From positions 1-40,528 of the IMG/VR virus record IMGVR_UViG_3300009434_001054: DNA of 40,528 bases; one strand, written 5' to 3'. The translations under genes and the position numbers were made by a program. This DNA is from a virus. Taxonomy: Duplodnaviria; Caudoviricetes. The notes below the pieces were generated by a model. The model saw nothing but the letters and a program-made list of their open reading frames with translations, was not told the DNA's origin and made no database searches. This document shows, piece after piece, positions 35,277 through 40,528 of the stretch (positions are counted from its first letter, which is position 1; each line of letters begins with the position of its first letter).

Positions 35277-36888
35277 TCGTTCTGATCCTAGTAAGCTAAA
35301 TCGCCGAGAGTTTCTAAAAAGTTTAGAAGCGCATGCGGATGAGCTTCGCACATTAATCGATGCTGAGTGTGACGCATTTGATACCTCAAAAGCTGCATCG
35401 GCTGATCGTAGAATTAAAACGACGAGTTCGTATAAAGCTTTTGTGCAAACGTATTTTCCGCATTACATAATTTATTCAACTTCACTATTTCACGACTATC
35501 TTTTTTCTGATATCCCTAAAAAGGTTAATGCTGAGGCTGGTTGCCGAGAGGCGATTGCCGCCCCCCGGGGCGAAGCTAAGTCGACATTGATCACGCAGCT
35601 GTTTTCGCTTTGGTGTATAGCAACCAATATAAAGCACTTTATTGTGATATTGATGGACAGCTTTGATCAGTCCGCCATGATGCTTGAAGCGATTAAAGTT
35701 GAGTTAGAGGCTAATCCGAGGCTGCGACAAGACTATCCTGAAATCTGTTCTGTCGGCAGAGTTTGGCAGGCCGGCGTGATTGTTACTAATAATGATATCA
35801 AGGTACAAGTCGCGGGTTCTGGCAAAAAACTTCGCGGCTGGCGACACGGGCCACACCGAGTTGATTTATGTTTACTGGACGATATCGAAAATGATGAAAA
35901 TGTTCGCCAGTTAACACAGCGTAATAAGGTTTCTAACTGGGTGAAAAAAGCGGTGCTAAATCTCGGCCCGCCCGACGGTAGTATGGATGTGCTTTGGGTG
36001 GGTACTACGCTGCATTATGATGCCGCGTTTTCTCGGGTGTTACGTTCGCCGACTTGGAATGCAAAAATATTTAAAGCTATAACCTCATGGCCCGATCGCC
36101 TCGACTTGTGGCAAAAATGGGAAGAGATTTTAATTAATGAAGGTGAGTTATCGTCTGACCGTTTTTACAAAAAAAACAAGGGTCTAATGGATGCGGGTAG
36201 CGAGGTGAGCTGGCCGGGTGTACGACCTATTTTACGCTTAATGAAAATACGTTCCGAAGACCATCATGCATTTGATTGTGAGTATCAAAACGATCCGAGC
36301 AATAATGAAATGGCGCCGTTTAAGGATCTTACGTATTGGGTTCAGGTGTGCAGAGACTGGGTATTTTTTGGCAGCTGTGACCCATCGCTGGGCAAGCAGA
36401 ATAAAGCGCGGGATCCTTCAGCAATTTTAGTCGGTGGCTACGATCGTAATCACGGTGTTTTAGATGTGGTTGAAGCGCTGATTGCACGTCGCTTACCTGA
36501 CAAAATTATCAGCGATATTATTACTCTCGAAAAGCATTATCGCTGTTTAGTGTGGGGAATTGAGACCATTCAATTTCAAGAGTTTTTAAAAACTGAATTA
36601 GTGAAGCGATCGGCAGCTTTGGGTATACCCGTACCTGCTCGATCGATAACACCTCATACAGACAAAACTTTACGGATTGAATCGTTACAGCCGCATGTCG
36701 TCAATGGCTTGATACGCATTCATCGCAATCAATCTGTACTGATTGAGCAATTACAGCATTGGCCTGAAGCGGATCATGATGACGGCCCAGATGCATTACA
36801 AATGCTATGGATGCTGGCTTGCAGTGCTGGACAAGGGGTTCCGACGATTATGTCAAAGTCCCAGCGTAAACCGCTTAGGTATCGTTGA
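35269..36888 (+). CDS. Terminase large subunit
   Basis: APRGEAKST (Walker A), LLDDIEND (Walker B), CDPSLG and HDDGPDAL nuclease motifs. Confidence 0.95.
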   Translation: MVNRSDPSKLNRREFLKSLEAHADELRTLIDAECDAFDTSKAASADRRIKTTSSYKAFVQTYFPHYIIYSTSLFHDYLFSDIPKKVNAEAGCREAIAAPRGEAKSTLITQLFSLWCIATNIKHFIVILMDSFDQSAMMLEAIKVELEANPRLRQDYPEICSVGRVWQAGVIVTNNDIKVQVAGSGKKLRGWRHGPHRVDLCLLDDIENDENVRQLTQRNKVSNWVKKAVLNLGPPDGSMDVLWVGTTLHYDAAFSRVLRSPTWNAKIFKAITSWPDRLDLWQKWEEILINEGELSSDRFYKKNKGLMDAGSEVSWPGVRPILRLMKIRSEDHHAFDCEYQNDPSNNEMAPFKDLTYWVQVCRDWVFFGSCDPSLGKQNKARDPSAILVGGYDRNHGVLDVVEALIARRLPDKIISDIITLEKHYRCLVWGIETIQFQEFLKTELVKRSAALGIPVPARSITPHTDKTLRIESLQPHVVNGLIRIHRNQSVLIEQLQHWPEADHDDGPDALQMLWMLACSAGQGVPTIMSKSQRKPLRYR

Positions 36889-36920
36889 AATGAGTACCGT
36901 AAATATAAAGGTTAACACCA

Positions 36921-38486
36921 ATGATAGATCATAAAGAATTTAAAAAAATATCACGCAAAGTGATGAGCAGTGAGCGAGCGAGCCGGGCAACGGATCCTTC
37001 GTTTTATGCTGGCCTCAATATCTTGCCTAATCCTGATCCACTGTTGCGATCGATGGGTAAAGCTGACGAGGTGTATGACGCGATTATGTCTGACGCACAT
37101 GTACTCGGTGAGGTGCGTTCATTTAAATCGGGGATCCAAGGGTTTAAATTGCACCTTTTATTCGACTATGAAGACGATATCGAGCAAACACCTGAAGAAA
37201 AAGCGGCTTTTGACTTGTGCAAAAAATGGTTAGGCATGCGGCCGAGTAACGAGCTAACCATGCAGGATTTAGTCTGGAATATGGCGACAGGCATTCTGTA
37301 TGGACAGCGCGTGCATGAAATGGTGTGGGTTGTGGTTAATGGGCATCTGCTGCCTAAAATGAAAGACCGACCAAACCGGCGGTTTATTTATGATACTGAT
37401 AATCAACTTCGGTTGCTGACTAAAACCCAGCCAATTCACGGTGAAGAAACATTGCCGCATGAATTTGCAATTACCCGGCATATGCCTAGCTGTGAAAATC
37501 CCTATGGGCGGGCCGTATTGTCTGCCTGTTTTTGGCCGTACACATTTAAGCACGGCGGGATGAAATTTTTCTATGATTTTTGCGAACGCTTTGGACTGCC
37601 GTTTCCGATCGGCCGCTACCCAGCTGGCACCCCCGTTAGTGAGCAGAAAAACTTACTCGACGCACTAATATCCCTGCTTGAAGATCAAGCAGCCGTGGTT
37701 CCTGAAGGCGATACTGTTGAGCTTTTAACTACATCGACACAAGGTGAGTTAGCACAAGAGCAGCTAGTGCATTTATGTAATGCAGAGATGACCAAGGCGT
37801 TATCGAGTCAAACACTCGCCACTGAAATGCGAAACGTTGGTTCAAACGCAGCGGCGAAAACGCATATGCAACGCCAAGAGAATGTGGCAGTTAGCGATCG
37901 CTATATAATTGCAGAAACGTTTAACGATATATTTGCGTGGATAACTCAATTTAACTTTGGTGACGATGTAAGGCCACCAAAGCTAAAATTAAAAAAACCT
38001 CCGGGGCCAGAAGAGGTTTTAGAGCTTTATAAAAAGGCGGCAGAAATATCCGATCGCGTGCCACTCAATGATTTTCATAAAGCAACAGGCATTCGTATTG
38101 CGACCGATGATGAAGAGACATTATCGTCATCCACGTCCATGCCGCAAGAGAATAGCCACCAGTTATCGAGTTGTAATAGCTGCGGCAGCGTCCATTCATT
38201 TTCTGATCCGGTTAAAAGCGATACAACGAATGAGCTTGCTGCAATAGCAGATAAAGCGATCGCTGATGATTTTATTCAACCGCTGGCGGATATGCTGCTG
38301 GCGTATGAAGAAGACGGCAAAACCTTAAAGCAATTTCAGCAGGATTTGCACAAGGTTGTTGGCGATCTTGATACGCAGTCATTAGCTAATATTTCGGCTC
38401 AAGCAATGGCATTGGCATTTGCGCAAGGTATGGAGTCTCACGATACGGATGATCAAACAGCCAGCCAACAACAGCTAGAAGTTTAA
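36921..38486 (+). CDS. Portal protein (Mu gp29/DUF935)
   Basis: LPNPDPLL, NPYG...L..CFWP..FK, ERFGLP...G.Y and QTLATE motifs. Confidence 0.93.
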   Translation: MIDHKEFKKISRKVMSSERASRATDPSFYAGLNILPNPDPLLRSMGKADEVYDAIMSDAHVLGEVRSFKSGIQGFKLHLLFDYEDDIEQTPEEKAAFDLCKKWLGMRPSNELTMQDLVWNMATGILYGQRVHEMVWVVVNGHLLPKMKDRPNRRFIYDTDNQLRLLTKTQPIHGEETLPHEFAITRHMPSCENPYGRAVLSACFWPYTFKHGGMKFFYDFCERFGLPFPIGRYPAGTPVSEQKNLLDALISLLEDQAAVVPEGDTVELLTTSTQGELAQEQLVHLCNAEMTKALSSQTLATEMRNVGSNAAAKTHMQRQENVAVSDRYIIAETFNDIFAWITQFNFGDDVRPPKLKLKKPPGPEEVLELYKKAAEISDRVPLNDFHKATGIRIATDDEETLSSSTSMPQENSHQLSSCNSCGSVHSFSDPVKSDTTNELAAIADKAIADDFIQPLADMLLAYEEDGKTLKQFQQDLHKVVGDLDTQSLANISAQAMALAFAQGMESHDTDDQTASQQQLEV

Positions 38487-38824
38487 TGATTGAGCTTATT
38501 ATGATACCGAGCAATTTTGCTAAAGTATTTGAGAGTGCTACTTACGGCCAAATTGTTGTCATGGCGCTTGAAGATAATAACGTACCCTTCGTTCGTTACT
38601 ATGCTAAACCCCATAATGTGACATGCACAGCATTTATTCCGTTTTCTGATTCTGATGATGGCAGACTCTGTCGAGATGATTATTTTGACTCTATCAATGC
38701 AGAAATTGCTGAAGATGCGGCTAAAAAAATGTTTGATTTAGAGGCTGAATTATTCGATGCCGAGCAAAAAAAAGAGCATAAAAATAACCGGTGTTTAGGC
38801 GGTAACGTCTATCGGATTCACTAA
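38486..38824 (+). CDS. Hypothetical protein between portal and MuF
   Basis: 112 aa; TAATG overlaps with both neighbours. Confidence 0.7.
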   Translation: MIELIMIPSNFAKVFESATYGQIVVMALEDNNVPFVRYYAKPHNVTCTAFIPFSDSDDGRLCRDDYFDSINAEIAEDAAKKMFDLEAELFDAEQKKEHKNNRCLGGNVYRIH

Positions 38825-40047
38825 TGATTGATATCACATTAAATAACGTCAGTGCCGTTGATGCGATTAGTAATATTCGCGAGAAGCTCGCAATACCAAC
38901 CCAGCGCTGGGATGATTTTTTATCGCTGCCACGCTCAAAAGCGTTTACCGTCGCTGGTGCCGCAAAAATCGATTTAGTGAACGATTTTCAAGAAGCCATA
39001 TCAACGGCCGTTGAAGGTGGCGAAAGCATTTCTCAATTCCGCGCTCGCTTTGACAAAATTGTGACCGATCATGGCTGGTCATATAAAGGATCACGAGGCT
39101 GGCGCACCCGAGTTATTTACGACAACAATTTACGCAGCGCTCATATGGCTGGACGCTGGAAGCAAATCGAGCGAGTCAAAGCCCGTCGGCCGTATCTTAT
39201 TTATAACACTGTTAATGATAATCGTGTGCGTGAAGAGCACCTGAGCTGGCATCAATTGGTTTTACCGGTTGACGATGCGTGGTGGGATACTCACTATCCA
39301 CCCAATGGCTGGGGGTGTCGCTGTTATATCGTATCTGCTAATGATCGCACACTAGAAAAGCGCGGTTTAACGCCCACATCAAAAGCGCCAGCATTAAAGA
39401 GCACAGAGCGCATTAACGTCAAAACAGGCGAAGTATATGGAAAGGTGCCCAAGGGTATCGATGTTGGCTGGAACAACCATGTCGGTAAACAATGGCTAGC
39501 ATCTGATAATGCCTTTGGTGAAAAGATCATGACGATGGCACCAAAGACCCGTACAGCCGTTTTAAAAAATATAGCCGGGATACAGCAGCGTGAGATGGCG
39601 AAATCGTTTACCGTCTGGTCAAAGCAAGTATTGGATTCGCCCAGTCGTGGATTAAGGCATACGATTGGCTGGTTAAACCCGGGGGTGATTGATGCTCTAG
39701 CTACCAAATCGATTGTGCCGGTAACGGCAGCAATTACGATATCGGATAAAGCGCTGCGTCGAATGCAGCGTGAGTTAAAGGTTAAAAAAGGCATCGATCT
39801 GCCTACAAAGGTGCTTCAAAAGCTGCCGGCTCAAATTAGTCGTGCAACGGCCGTATTAAGTGATAAGCAAGGTGGCTTAGTTTTTGTTTTACCGCATGAC
39901 GCCGATAGTCGACGAGACAAGTTAGTTGCATTCATTAATTTCAAGGATGATGGAGAGCTAACTAATAGTGTTCGTTCAAGTAGTACAACGACATTGAGAG
40001 AGCTAAAGAACAAAAAGCGATATGAATTGTTAAGCGGTAAGCTATAG
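38824..40047 (+). CDS. MuF-like minor head protein with C-terminal extension
   Basis: AFTVAG, R.RVIYDNN, D.RVR.EH..W and YPPNGWGCRC motifs; about 170-aa extra C-terminal region. Confidence 0.92.
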   Translation: MIDITLNNVSAVDAISNIREKLAIPTQRWDDFLSLPRSKAFTVAGAAKIDLVNDFQEAISTAVEGGESISQFRARFDKIVTDHGWSYKGSRGWRTRVIYDNNLRSAHMAGRWKQIERVKARRPYLIYNTVNDNRVREEHLSWHQLVLPVDDAWWDTHYPPNGWGCRCYIVSANDRTLEKRGLTPTSKAPALKSTERINVKTGEVYGKVPKGIDVGWNNHVGKQWLASDNAFGEKIMTMAPKTRTAVLKNIAGIQQREMAKSFTVWSKQVLDSPSRGLRHTIGWLNPGVIDALATKSIVPVTAAITISDKALRRMQRELKVKKGIDLPTKVLQKLPAQISRATAVLSDKQGGLVFVLPHDADSRRDKLVAFINFKDDGELTNSVRSSSTTTLRELKNKKRYELLSGKL

Positions 40048-40211
40048 CAGTTGATATTATCCCTAGCGCTTCGACTGCGGCCTAATTATAAAAAAGTCTC
40101 ATTAAAATCATATCTACACGATTGTGCATGGTTTTATAAAGGTTTAAAATGTATTTAACGACTGCTTAAAGACCTAATTAACAGGTATAAACAACCGTTA
40201 ATTACGGGTAA

Positions 40212-40332
40212 CTGTCCAGTATTAAGTGTTAATTGATATTTCTATCAAAACCTTATAATTATTCGACTTATCAAACACTTAGACCCTATTTACACTCAAT
40301 CTCCTCTGTCCAGTTTTAAACGTCCCCCTACA
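40212..40332 (-). repeat. Right prophage end: terminal inverted repeat, second transposase-binding site and two IHF-consensus boxes
   Basis: CTGTCCAGTTTTAAACGTCCCCCTACA (40306-40332); CTGTCCAGTATTAAGTG (40212-40228); TATCAAAACCTTA (40243-40255) and TATCAAACACTTA (40269-40281). Confidence 0.9.
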
Positions 40333-40337
40333 CAAAC
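40333..40337 (+). repeat. Right copy of 5-bp target-site duplication CAAAC
   Basis: Immediately follows the terminal CA; identical to 549-553. Confidence 0.93.
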
Positions 40338-40350
40338 AAAGAAAAGTGAC

Positions 40351-40499
40351 TGGCGTGTCGGGGCCACCCCCGACGACCTTGAATTTAAAACTTAAACAAA
40401 AAAGTAAAACCTTAGAATATCCCATCACCATTAAAAATACACACACAAGACTTTGGCGTGTAGCCCCACCCCCCGACGACCTTGAATTTAAAACTTAAA
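40351..40499 (+). repeat. Host-flank direct repeat, about 46 bp, two copies
   Basis: TGGCGTGT....CCACCCCC(C)GACGACCTTGAATTTAAAACTTAAA at 40351-40396 and 40454-40499. Confidence 0.85.
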
Positions 40500-40528
40500 A
40501 AATAAGCTAAAAATCCCGAAATGTAAAA

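Larger units (their letters stand above)
554..40332. mobile_element. Complete Mu-like transposable prophage with contractile tail
   Basis: TG...CA ends with 27-bp inverted repeats; CAAAC duplicated at 549-553 and 40333-40337; DDE transposase, AAA ATPase and a full Mu-like head, tail and baseplate gene set. Confidence 0.97.

Overview
Positions 554-40332 (39,779 bp) are a complete Mu-like transposable prophage with a contractile tail, probably in a gammaproteobacterial host. The ends are exact: 27-bp imperfect terminal inverted repeats (TG...CA) flanked by a 5-bp target duplication, CAAAC. The insertion lies in the loop of a host palindromic repeat. The layout is unusual. The repressor/ner switch is central. 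Protease, capsid, tail, a three-gene cargo module and an adenine methylase run leftward, while ner, transposase A/B, accessory genes, lysis, terminase, portal and MuF run rightward. Both late arms carry the same 19-bp promoter motif. Where Mu has gin and the invertible G segment, this phage has a PagL-like half-barrel lipoprotein, a heparinase II/III-like lyase and a lectin/Ig-repeat protein. Other signals are a Mu-type -2 frameshift, small genes separated by a CTAACGATTAT(ATATAG) repeat, an ASCH pseudogene next to a convergent moron, and several structured intergenic regions. Family calls come from motifs and gene order read by eye; no database searches were run.
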